Source: an uncultured delta proteobacterium (GTDB lineage: Bacteria > Desulfobacterota > Binatia > Binatales > Binataceae). From it: a stretch of 64,000 nt of DNA. Where the stretch lies: the NCBI GenBank assembly GCA_963724765.1, contig CAVRVY010000004.1, forward strand, positions 1,600,001-1,664,000, given 5' to 3'. Position 1 is the stretch's first letter; each line of letters starts with the position of its first letter. The position numbers were made by a program, and so were the translations under genes. Of the stretch, positions 19,946 to 29,070 are shown piece by piece. Below the pieces are notes generated by a model. The model worked only from the letters and a program-made list of their open reading frames with translations, was not told where the DNA came from and made no database searches.

Positions 19946-20788
19946 GTGGAGTTTATTCAATTGTTGAGATTGATATGCGCGCTCGTGGCACTCGCGATCA
20001 GCGCCGGCTTCGTTGGATCGCTTTCCGGCCAGGGCGGAGGAGTCTTCATTGTGCCGGCACTGGTCATCTTCATGCACGTGCCGATCGAGATCGCTATCGG
20101 CGCGAGCCTCATGGCCGTGGTGGCGACGAGTGCCGGCGCGAGCGTCGCATTCGTGCGCGATGGATGGACCAATCTCAGGGTGGCAATTGTATTGGAATGC
20201 GCTACCGTCACCGGAGCAGTCGCCGGGGCTTATCTGGTCGGATTCGCGCCGCCGGGTTTGCTCGAAGCCCTCTTCGCTATGGTGATGCTCCAATCGGCGT
20301 ACTTTTCACTCCACAAGAAGGACTCGACACCGCTCTCCGGCAGCGACCCGCTTTGCGTGCGGCTGGGCCTGGATGGTCGCTTCCCGGGCGATGACGGTGT
20401 CCCGGTGCATTATGGCGTGCGCAACCTGCGCGGCGGCGCGACCCTAATGGCGATCGCGGGGCTGATGTCGGGACTGCTGGGGATCGGTTCGGGGGCGCTT
20501 AAGGTGGTCGCCATGGACCATGTGATGCTCCTGCCGCTCAAAGTGTCGAGTGCTACGAGTAACTTCATGATAGGAGTCACGGCCGGAGCCGGTGCGCTGG
20601 TGTTTCTAGCTCGCGGCGCCGTGGCGCCGATGATTGCGGCTCCGGTAGCCGTAGGAGTAACCGCGGGAGCGATCGCGGGGAGCAAGCTCCTGCCCCGCGC
20701 GAACGTGAAATGGCTGCGAATGGGATTTGTGGTGATCCTCGTGATGATCGCAATCGAAATGGGTTGGAGAGCTGTCTTCGGAGTCTAA
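19946..20788 (+). CDS. TauE/SafE (TSUP) sulfite exporter family protein
   Basis: Motifs GSLSGQGGGVFIVP, SGLLGIGSG and KVSSATSNFMIGVT. Multiple transmembrane helices. Confidence 0.88.
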   Translation: MEFIQLLRLICALVALAISAGFVGSLSGQGGGVFIVPALVIFMHVPIEIAIGASLMAVVATSAGASVAFVRDGWTNLRVAIVLECATVTGAVAGAYLVGFAPPGLLEALFAMVMLQSAYFSLHKKDSTPLSGSDPLCVRLGLDGRFPGDDGVPVHYGVRNLRGGATLMAIAGLMSGLLGIGSGALKVVAMDHVMLLPLKVSSATSNFMIGVTAGAGALVFLARGAVAPMIAAPVAVGVTAGAIAGSKLLPRANVKWLRMGFVVILVMIAIEMGWRAVFGV

Positions 20789-21271
20789 TGGCGTGTCGGA
20801 AATAAAGTTGGCGATGCGGTGCGGTGCTGCAGTTGATCGACGAGCGGTATTGGTCAAGGTAAAGGGTTTTGCGCATAGGTTACGTTCGCCAGGCAATTGA
20901 TTATGGCGCGCTCCAGTTGGGCGACGCTGGCGAAGCCGCCGCCGCGAATCCCCTGTTAGACTGATGACCCCAAACCACAGCGCTCGACGGGTTGAGCCAC
21001 GAGGTGATGGAAGGGATAAAGGACAGATGGAAGCGAGGATGAGCGGCGAGACGCGTCTGCGCCTTGGATACCTTGTGAGCGTCGTAATTGTCGCTGATCA
21101 GACGACGTTCACGGCTGAATTAGGCGGGCAAGCGAATGGAGAACGTCGATGAGCCTCCTAGTGTCGGTAGCGCCGGTGGAAGGTTCATTCACCTTCCCGT
21201 CGGCCGGCATGCACATACACCCCACGCTGCATAGACGAACAAGCCCTACAGATATTTCCGGAACGTGACGA

Positions 21272-21679
21272 ATGGAAGAGCGCGCGCTACTGCTGATTGA
21301 CGAAGAAGAACGAATACTGCGCGTGTGGACGCCTGTCCTCCTGCGCACGATACTCATGGTCGCTGTAACCCTGCTGCTGCTAGCACTAGTACAGACGTTC
21401 CGGCGATCTTATGGTAACTATGCTGAGTCCCTCAGGTGGATCCAACAGACTGCGCCCGAGGCGCAGAAATCGCTCCCCTATCTCGCGGCGGGGGCATGTC
21501 ATGGCAGCCCGACCGCGATCGCCACGCTCGGGTTGATGGTTCTGACACTGGTGCCGCTTGTGCGTGTAGGCTTTTGCCTGCTTCTGTTTCTTAGGCAGCG
21601 GAATCGAGAATTCGTCATTTTTACTTCATATGTGCTGGCCGGACTAGCCATTGGCGTGATATTGGGAAAGATCGGCTAG
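21272..21679 (+). CDS. DUF1634-type membrane protein (usual TauE partner)
   Basis: LGLMVLTLVPLVRV motif, about three transmembrane segments, downstream of TauE. Confidence 0.75.
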   Translation: MEERALLLIDEEERILRVWTPVLLRTILMVAVTLLLLALVQTFRRSYGNYAESLRWIQQTAPEAQKSLPYLAAGACHGSPTAIATLGLMVLTLVPLVRVGFCLLLFLRQRNREFVIFTSYVLAGLAIGVILGKIG

Positions 21680-22418
21680 AGCCTAAGTAGGTTTTTTGCC
21701 CGTCAGGATCCTCACTGTGGGCGGACAGAGGACAGAGGCGCTCAACTTGCGCTGCGGTATCGCAATGACCAGAATGGCTGCATCAGATGCCAAGCAAACC
21801 ATTCGAGGATTTTCGCACCTGGGTCAAGAACATCGGGGAAGTCGACTTTCGCAACGCCAGCCGTCATTTCGGCGTGATTCGCTGCAATCGCCGCGACGCC
21901 GTGCTTCGCGTCGAGATCTGCCCAACAGCGCGCTTATCATCCGTGGATCCGGAACGCGTCTGATAGGAAGACGCCGGCGTCTATAGAACCTAACGTTCCC
22001 GGTTCAACCTGATCCGATAAACGGCGCCCGTTGCTATCATCGCAACGTTCGCATTGAGAAGCCCGCGCAGGATTACTCCGGCGACATAGTGGCCGATACA
22101 CGCAAAACGCACTCATCCTTCATTCGCTGGCTTGAAATGGCGCCAGGCACCGGTCCTGATAGGCTGCGCCATCCTCTGTGATCGCGCGTTTACACCGACG
22201 CCGCCCTTTACGTCCGGCGCTGGCGCGTCGTATTTCGAACCACCATTGCCGACAATGTCTGCCGCGGCATCGGCCCGGCCAGGCCGAGAACTCACGCTTG
22301 GTCTTGAAGCGGAGGCCTTTTGTCGATGGGTAACCGACCTCGAGTTGTACAGTTTTGGCAGCCGACAAGGGCAAATGAGAAAACTCATGCTCCGCCGCCG
22401 CGGCGGCCCCAATCTCCA

Positions 22419-23680
22419 TCAGACGATGTCTTCAAGTTCTTTCCCTTTCATCTCTGGGACGAGAAGTAGCACGATCGGTATACAGACGAAAGTGACGGCG
22501 GCGACGATCGCTACCGCCTGTCCGACCGATCCCAACAGCGCGGAGAGCCCCCCGACGATCGCGGGCGCCAGCGCCATGCCCGCGCGGCCGAGCAGATTGT
22601 TGACGACCGCGTTCCCAACACCTCGCACGTGAGTAGGAAACATCTCGCTGGTGATCGTGGCCGCGATCGGCCATAGGGCGTGCATCCCCAGAACCACAAT
22701 ATAGGCGATAGCGATCATCGGCCTAGATTCGGCGAGGAAGCAGACAATGGCGCTGACACCGCCCACGGCAAAAAACAGACAAGCGGTGAAACGGCGGCCT
22801 GCATAGTCCATCGCCGGCCCCGCCGTCGCATAGCCGATCACTGCAAGGATATAGCCTACGGTTAGTGTATGTCCGACCTGCGCGGGTGACCATCCTCGTT
22901 CATTTGTCGCGTAGTAGGCAAAGAAGAAGAGGCAACTCGCGCTCCAAGCGTTAACGGCAAACCAGATACAGGCGCCGGCGATAGCCCGCCGACGATATGC
23001 CGGCTCCAACACGACGCCTAAAGCCTTTAGGCCTGAAAGCAATGAGGAGACCGGCCGCGTGCGATTGCCGTGTTCGCGTCCCCAGCGCTGTGTTTCCTGA
23101 AGCCGGGACCAATAGAAAAGAAGGACCGGGATGAGAATGCCACCGACTAGGTAGAGCGCGCGCCAGCTGAGGCGGGTATCAACCACATGCGGAAAGATCG
23201 CTGACCTGACCACCCCCCCCCCAGCAGGCTGGCCGCGAACATCACGGTTATGGCCGCGCCTCGAAAGCGTGCTGGCATTTCCTCGGTCAGGATGATTGCA
23301 CCAACGCCGATCTCACTAACCATGAAGAGCCGGGCGACGAACTGACAGGCGACGAAGGCGTACAGGCCCACAGAGAGAGCACTCAAGACCGTAAAAATCG
23401 TATAGCCAGTGACGGCGCTAAGAAAGACTGGACGCCTTCCGCACCGGTCCGAAAGCTGTACCGGAATGAACGCCACGATCGTCCCGACATTTATCAGCCC
23501 CACGGCGAATCCAAGGGTCTTCGAATCCGCTCCGAAATCAGTTCCGAGATACGGCAGAGCCAGATTAATAATCAGAAGGTCATAGCCCTCGAACAGCGAC
23601 GCCACGCAGATGAAGAGGAGCAAATATTTCAGATAACGAACCGACAGCTCGACCATCTCTCCTTTGCCGGCTATCGACAC
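22419..23680 (-). pseudogene. MFS transporter (aromatic-acid/sugar type), split at a G10 tract (23213-23222)
   Basis: N-half (LFEGYD...SDRCGRRP...EEMPARFRG) and C-half (MDYAGRR...SEMFPTHVRG...PEMKGKELE) lie in different frames that join at the homopolymer. Confidence 0.8.
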
Positions 23681-23703
23681 GGATTAACTCGCAAATCGCG
23701 TTC

Positions 23704-24150
23704 CTACTGGTTGACGTTGGGCGCGAAGCGTTGCTCCGCGGAGATCGGCTCTGGAACCTTGGGCAGTTCTTTCGCCGGTTCGGGCGCATGACCGGCGACC
23801 CGAAACGGCACGTGATCGCCGGAATACATCACATGGTGATGCATCGAAGCAATGGTTTGCGGGCTCAGAACCAACGCTGGCGAGATAAACATGATAAACA
23901 TGGTGTGGTCATGCTGTTTGGTCCACTTTTCAGCTGATTCCAGACCATAGTGATGAGGAATATTAATTCCTTCTACATGGTAATGCGATGGAATAATCAC
24001 TTCGGTATCTATCTTATCCATCACAACGTCCGCCCACTTAGGACTGAGTATATAACTGTCGTCGCTTACAGCTAAGATCGCCACGCCGATCTTGCCGATA
24101 ATCTTCCAACGTTGGCGGCGTACACGCTCGACCACGTCTTCAGCGCACCG
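23704..24150 (-). pseudogene. C-terminal fragment of an MBL-fold hydrolase-like protein
   Basis: IGKIGVAILAVSDD...VIIPSHYH resembles an MBL C-terminus. No N-terminal HxHxDH. Contains a 9-bp tandem duplication (MFIMFI). Confidence 0.45.
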
Positions 24151-24499
24151 AGAGCCGTGGCTCCGCCGAGGAGTGATTTGGTCTGCTGAAGAAAATGCTT
24201 GCACTTGATCCGCCGCTAACGTACAAGGAATACGTGGTGGACTGGCGCCCTCTATTCGCGACTGCGGTAGCCTGCGCGTTAGTCGCCTATATGGCGCAGG
24301 ATCGCTCAGATCAGCTCACTCAACATGGCCGAGGTGGTCGCCCGCCTCTGCGCCAGTCCACTATTAAAGCCCTCCGCAGCGGGCCTCGCGCGTCACGAAA
24401 GGTATCCCAAGCCCATTCTTATCGCCGCTCGTGTAACCTCCGGTCATCTTGACGTCGTGCTTCTCACCAAAACGCGAGGCGAGCAGGACGCGGTTGCTG

Positions 24500-25984
24500 T
24501 TACTGATTCGTCTTGGATTTCATGAGTTTATTAACCGCGTGTTCGACTACAGTGCCGTCGAAGAAGTTTGGGTTCATGTCGGTCCACAGGTGCGTCGGAT
24601 TAACGAACACAAACTCGCGAAAATCTTCTTCGCTAATTAGGCCATGCTCGACCATTTCGTGTGCTTCTTCGGTTACCTCGGTAATATCGGGGACGTCCCA
24701 GTGGCCGATATCCGAGCTGAACACTGGCTTTAGCTTCGAATGCAGTGGGTTGCGTTTGGCGTCGAATGCCCAGGCGTTGGTTGGGTCGTCAGCCTCGCAA
24801 CCGAAGTAGAATGGCTTCACGAACAACTCGCGGAAGTCCTCCAAGCTCTCGATCTTCGCCGGTGCCCACTCGTCGCGCAGCGTCGAGGAATCTTCGAGGT
24901 TCCGGTAGAGTATCGAATTCTCCATCAAGCTTGCGATTATGGTGTCTTTGCCCAGCTTGTTGCCGCCGTACTTCCTGAACAGATCGACATAGAGTGCGCG
25001 GTCGAGATTCGCTGGGTTATACGTCTCGATCCGCTTGCCGTTGCGCTTTTCCCAATGCCCGATCAGATCAGCGTATAGACTGCATCCCCAGGACACTCCG
25101 CCTTCGAGGAATGCGAACTTTAGCGTCGGGAACCGCCGCGTGACACCGCCCATGAAGAGCGCCTTTGCCAGTCCCTCTCCAGCCTGCGCGAAGTGCCCGA
25201 TGTGGTCGTACATGTAGTTCGTCACCGTGGCCCGCGTGCCGACACCCATCGTCCCTGAATGGTGGGTTGGACACACTTTGAGTTCGACGCACTTCGCCCA
25301 CACAGGGTCGTAGTCATAGAGGCTGTCGATGACGAAATTATCGATCCAGGTCGCGTAGCGCGCCGCTTCGGGGAACTTTTCCGCCACGATCGGGATCGGA
25401 CGCCGCGCATGGCTCGCCATCATGATCGACTTCATCCCGAGCCCTTTGATCGCGTACTCCAGTTCGGCAATCGCCTCCTGCGGAGTATTCATCGGGATAA
25501 CGGCAGACGGCGTCAGCCGGTCGGAGTATTCCTTGAAAATATCGTAGTTGTACCTGTTTAGCGCTCGGCAGCAGACTTGCCTGAGTTCATCATTCGGAAT
25601 ATTCGGGAAGGCCAACCCGAGGGTGGTGTAGAGTACGGCAAAGTCGATACCGGTTTCCGGCAAGCGCTCGTATAGCAACTTTGGCAGGCTCGCGGTCGCT
25701 CGATCCAACGTATTCTTCGCCGGAAGTCCCCACCATGGCCGCCGCGTAACCCGACCATACATTCGGTCTTCCGGACTCAGGTGGTACCAGCCATCGCCCC
25801 GAACATCCACAAAGGCCCCGAAAATATCGGTGCGTCTGTAGCGATCAACCATTCCGGAGCCGCCAACATCCTTGAGGTACTCCAGGAACGCCGATTCACA
25901 TTCAACCGTATGTCCATCGGAGTCGATGACAGGGTGCGTCAGCTTCTCCCGTACCTTCTGCGACTTCGTTTTGGCTTTCTCCAT
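24500..25984 (-). CDS. Amidohydrolase_2 family protein, copy 2
   Basis: Near-identical to 17015..18517. Differs at YRRTDIF, RRPWWGLPAK, MYDHIG and the C-terminus. Confidence 0.88.
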   Translation of the reverse strand: MEKAKTKSQKVREKLTHPVIDSDGHTVECESAFLEYLKDVGGSGMVDRYRRTDIFGAFVDVRGDGWYHLSPEDRMYGRVTRRPWWGLPAKNTLDRATASLPKLLYERLPETGIDFAVLYTTLGLAFPNIPNDELRQVCCRALNRYNYDIFKEYSDRLTPSAVIPMNTPQEAIAELEYAIKGLGMKSIMMASHARRPIPIVAEKFPEAARYATWIDNFVIDSLYDYDPVWAKCVELKVCPTHHSGTMGVGTRATVTNYMYDHIGHFAQAGEGLAKALFMGGVTRRFPTLKFAFLEGGVSWGCSLYADLIGHWEKRNGKRIETYNPANLDRALYVDLFRKYGGNKLGKDTIIASLMENSILYRNLEDSSTLRDEWAPAKIESLEDFRELFVKPFYFGCEADDPTNAWAFDAKRNPLHSKLKPVFSSDIGHWDVPDITEVTEEAHEMVEHGLISEEDFREFVFVNPTHLWTDMNPNFFDGTVVEHAVNKLMKSKTNQ

Positions 25985-26075
25985 GACAATTACCCGTCTC
26001 TTCTGCTTGCTGGTTCTCTGTTGCTCGAACTGTTTTAATTGCGGCTCTATTTCGCCTAATTGAAATGCGCCTCAT
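24521..26075 (-). repeat. Right arm of the inverted duplication
   Basis: Reverse complement aligns to 16926-18478, including about 85 nt upstream of the ATG. Confidence 0.95.
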
Positions 26076-27223
26076 GCGCGCAGTCCCATATTTTTGAGCC
26101 GCGGGATAACCTTCGCTCGGAAAAACTCAATTCCGCGAAATGGATCGAAGAAAGTAATCAAGACACCTTCATAACCTAGTTCATAGAGTGCCTGAATAGT
26201 CTCCGCCTGCGTATCTGGATCCCCGATGCTCCAATAGCCGCTCAAGCCAAGAGCAATGTGGCGGAATTGTTCGTGCTGAAAGGACGTCTCTGGCTGCTGC
26301 GTCGCCCGGCCGAGGAAGCGCGATGCAGCCTCTTGATCTATTTGACTGTCGATCCAACTAAAGCGTGCCTGAGCCTCGGCATCTGTATCCCCTACAATGT
26401 TATAGGTGAAAGTCAGCAGACGCAGACGACGGCCATAGTGAGCTGCTCTCTCTCTAGCCTTACGGGCGATCTCTGCCAACGCCTGCAAGTCCGGGCCACT
26501 ACAGAACAGCCACTCGCAGTGTTTTGCCGCGAAATCTATGCCCGCCTCCGAATGCCCCGCGTTCACAAGGACTGGTCGTGGACGCCGCACGGGCTTTACT
26601 TTTACCAGGCCTCCTAGTGACCGATAGTACTTTCCAAAAAAATCCACTGGCTTCTCACTAGCCCAAAGCCATTTCATAAGAGTCACAAATTCGTCCGCCA
26701 TCGCATAGCGCTCATCATGGGGTACCCATTGTAGAGAGCCAGTGAACATAGCGTATTCTTCGGCGAACCAACCAGTGACTACATTCAGTCCCCAACGACC
26801 ATTCGAAAGATAATCTATCTGAGCTCCAAAGCGGGCAAAGTGCAAAGGATGAAAAGCATAGGTAACATGAGCGGTGGAAAACAATAAAATATTTGTGGTG
26901 AGCTGAGAGAGAGCAGCAGCGCTAGTAATGACGTCCAATTGCTCGTCATTAAATCCGATTTCACCTCCGTGGCCGACATATCGGCCGAATGGCACTTCGA
27001 AATCGAAGCCTGCTCTTTCAGCATTCTGTACGAGCTGTGAAGCCTCAGGCCATTGCCAGTAGTCCCTGTATCGCTTCGGTTCGGTGAGCACGGCCTTAGA
27101 GATCGTGGCTCCGCATGAGACATTCCATGCGAAAAGACCAAGAAGTATTTTGTTGGAGTTCCTGATTTCCGGCTGTCCGCCCGGATCGAATGGTCCCTGG
27201 AAAATATCTACACTAACAGACAT
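26072..27223 (-). CDS. LLM-class (luciferase-like) flavin monooxygenase, SsuD/RutA/SfnG-like
   Basis: Motifs AERAGFDF, LSNGRWGLNVVTGW, HDERYAMADEF and NAGHSEAGIDFAAKH. RBS AAGGAG before ATG 27223. Confidence 0.9.
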   Translation of the reverse strand: MSVSVDIFQGPFDPGGQPEIRNSNKILLGLFAWNVSCGATISKAVLTEPKRYRDYWQWPEASQLVQNAERAGFDFEVPFGRYVGHGGEIGFNDEQLDVITSAAALSQLTTNILLFSTAHVTYAFHPLHFARFGAQIDYLSNGRWGLNVVTGWFAEEYAMFTGSLQWVPHDERYAMADEFVTLMKWLWASEKPVDFFGKYYRSLGGLVKVKPVRRPRPVLVNAGHSEAGIDFAAKHCEWLFCSGPDLQALAEIARKARERAAHYGRRLRLLTFTYNIVGDTDAEAQARFSWIDSQIDQEAASRFLGRATQQPETSFQHEQFRHIALGLSGYWSIGDPDTQAETIQALYELGYEGVLITFFDPFRGIEFFRAKVIPRLKNMGLRA

Positions 27224-27593
27224 TTTTCTCTCCTTCCGCAGAATGCGACAAAGTCGCTTGGAGCTGACAGCGCCGATGTCCGTCGAACAGCGCCGCATCC
27301 ACGCGAGATGGGCGATCGTTCTCCTGAGTCATCCCCTTAGGCACACTGGGCCAATGCTGGGCCTTGCCGGGCCGCAGTGTTACGGGCACGATCGCAATCG
27401 TCTCCGGCATTTGCCTACGGCTCACTCATCGGTTTCACGAGGCATGTCAGGTCAATTGCGCTCTCTACCTATGAATGACGGAAATAGGAGAGCAGGCCAT
27501 CAGGACTCTGCAGTTCCACTCTGTCACGCCTAGGCGACACATTACCTAAATTAAACGTTGCTGAGCGTCTGTCTTCGCTGGCGGCTTTGGTTT

Positions 27594-28166
27594 CTAGCGG
27601 CGGCGCGCCGCTAGCGGTTCAGGTCCGAGTCCAGCCCCAGCTATCGTCCGAAGCCGCAGGACTGTCGTAACCAAAGCGGTGAGATCGTCGCGAGCCTGTC
27701 CCGAGACTTCACCGCTCTCGAAGTCAGTTGAAGACAGATACACGCTGGTTGGTGCAACAAGTGCCCCGAACCAGGCAAGAACGTTACGCAGATGCCAATC
27801 CACTCCGAGATAATGGTGATACGTAGCGCCCATGGCGATTATACCGCAGGGTTTATAGCGTAATGCTTCGACAGGAACGTTGTCGAGCAGGTTTTTGAGT
27901 ACTCCGGAAAATGAACCGCGGTACACGGGGCTCGCAAAAATGACGGCTTCAGCGTGCGCGATTCTGCCCACGACTGTGGCTGTGTCATCGCCGAATTGTT
28001 CGGGCGCTCGACCGTCAGCAAAGGAAATTCTAAAGTCGCCCAAGTTCAAAGCGGAAGCCTCGAGGTCTGGTTCCAAGTTCCGCGCCGCGCTGATCGCAAA
28101 CTGTAGAGCCTTTAGCGATCGTCCCGGCGGAGTCACGCTTCCGAGTATCCCGATGATGTTTCTCAT
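27594..28166 (-). CDS. NADPH-dependent FMN reductase (SsuE/MsuE-like)
   Basis: Motifs ILGSVTPPGRS and FASPVYRGSFSGVLKNLLD. Start taken at ATG 28166. Confidence 0.88.
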   Translation of the reverse strand: MRNIIGILGSVTPPGRSLKALQFAISAARNLEPDLEASALNLGDFRISFADGRAPEQFGDDTATVVGRIAHAEAVIFASPVYRGSFSGVLKNLLDNVPVEALRYKPCGIIAMGATYHHYLGVDWHLRNVLAWFGALVAPTSVYLSSTDFESGEVSGQARDDLTALVTTVLRLRTIAGAGLGPEPLAARRR

Positions 28167-28220
28167 GTAAAAAGCCCTCTTTAGACCGAGCGTCAAATTT
28201 TTTCCTGGCCTGGACACTCA

Positions 28221-28340
28221 TCATCTACGTAAGCCCATCGGTCGCAAGATCGGCAGAACCTCTTCACGCGTTACCTTCAGACCTTCTCCAGCCGGCTCGC
28301 AAACGGCGCATAGACGAGCGCCCATCCGGGCTAGGGTTTG
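28221..28340 (-). pseudogene. C-terminal remnant of a second LLM monooxygenase
   Basis: Manual translation QTLARMG...EGLKVTREEVLPILRPMGLRR* aligns to the end of 26072..27223 (RGIEFFRAKVIPRLKNMGLRA*). Confidence 0.55.
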
Positions 28341-28345
28341 AGCGC

Positions 28346-28783
28346 TCATACATCACTGTCCTTATCTACCCTTTTGCTAACAAGGGCCAAACGATCCCGT
28401 GGTATCGCTCGACCTTTTCCAGGCACTACAGGCCATCTACGAAGCTGCGCTCGATTCGCTGGTCTAGTTCCGGCTTCAATCGCGAAAGGCCGTATTGCCC
28501 ACGATAGATTGCGCTGTATCTTTGCGGTCTTCCTAACAATCAAAAAGCTAGTACCGTTCGGCGGATTCTGACCAATCGGCCAGATGAGAACCCCCCCGTT
28601 CGGATAGCCACCACAAATCTCCGGCGTACCATCGATTGAGTAGCCGGTACCGAGGACGGCCTTGATACCGTCGCTACGAACGATCAGCAGGTCCGCCGGG
28701 TCCGTGAAGTGAAAAGGGATCGGCCATTCCCGCGTCAAACCATCGGATGTATAGCTCAGGCATACCTGTGTTTCGTTCACCAT
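28346..28783 (-). CDS. Small protein resembling the N-terminal anchor domain of T7-like phage tail fibres; possibly frameshifted near 28470
   Basis: LSYTSDGLTREWPIPFHFTDPADLLIV...LGTGYSIDG...GGVLIW...PPNGTSFLIVRKT matches the family pattern as I recall it. RBS AGGAG before ATG 28783. Confidence 0.55.
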   Translation of the reverse strand: MVNETQVCLSYTSDGLTREWPIPFHFTDPADLLIVRSDGIKAVLGTGYSIDGTPEICGGYPNGGVLIWPIGQNPPNGTSFLIVRKTAKIQRNLSWAIRPFAIEAGTRPANRAQLRRWPVVPGKGRAIPRDRLALVSKRVDKDSDV

Positions 28784-28976
28784 AGAGACACTCCTGGGCT
28801 TGACTCCTATGCTCACGCCGGGACGCGCCTGCTGAAGCTCCGTGATTTACGCGGTCGGGATCGTGGAACATCCTGCGTTGGCTCAGCGTGCGTGGCTCGG
28901 CGATGGTCGGCCTCTCGCTGGTCACAAAGCTCTGTTGACTCCGATAAAGCTTCAAGCTCTCACATTTATAATATCA

Positions 28977-29019
28977 TTTTAAGACAAAATTATCACGAAA
29001 TCAAGAATTATGATTGCAA
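28977..29019 (-). promoter_or_regulatory. Sigma70 promoter with the shared operator motif, facing the tail-fibre-like ORF / ssuE / LLM unit
   Basis: Minus strand TTGATT-17nt-TAAAAT. 28990-29019 matches 5611-5640 at 24 of 30 positions. Confidence 0.75.
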
Positions 29020-29070
29020 AAAAGCATCGAGCGAAAACTTCCATGATCTGCGGGTTCACGGTGCTCTGCG

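Noticed and set aside
26072-26074. Selenocysteine recoding of the LLM TGA (and of the TGA at 60556)
   Set aside because: No convincing SECIS-like hairpin follows either codon. The first is at the normal LLM C-terminus and the second is in a gene that also has a frameshift.
16926-26075. Composite transposon bounded by the long inverted repeats
   Set aside because: The repeats encode amidohydrolases, not transposases, and no terminal IRs or target duplication are visible.
28346-28783. Prophage
   Set aside because: Only one tail-fibre-like fragment is present, with no capsid, terminase, portal or lysis genes in the window.
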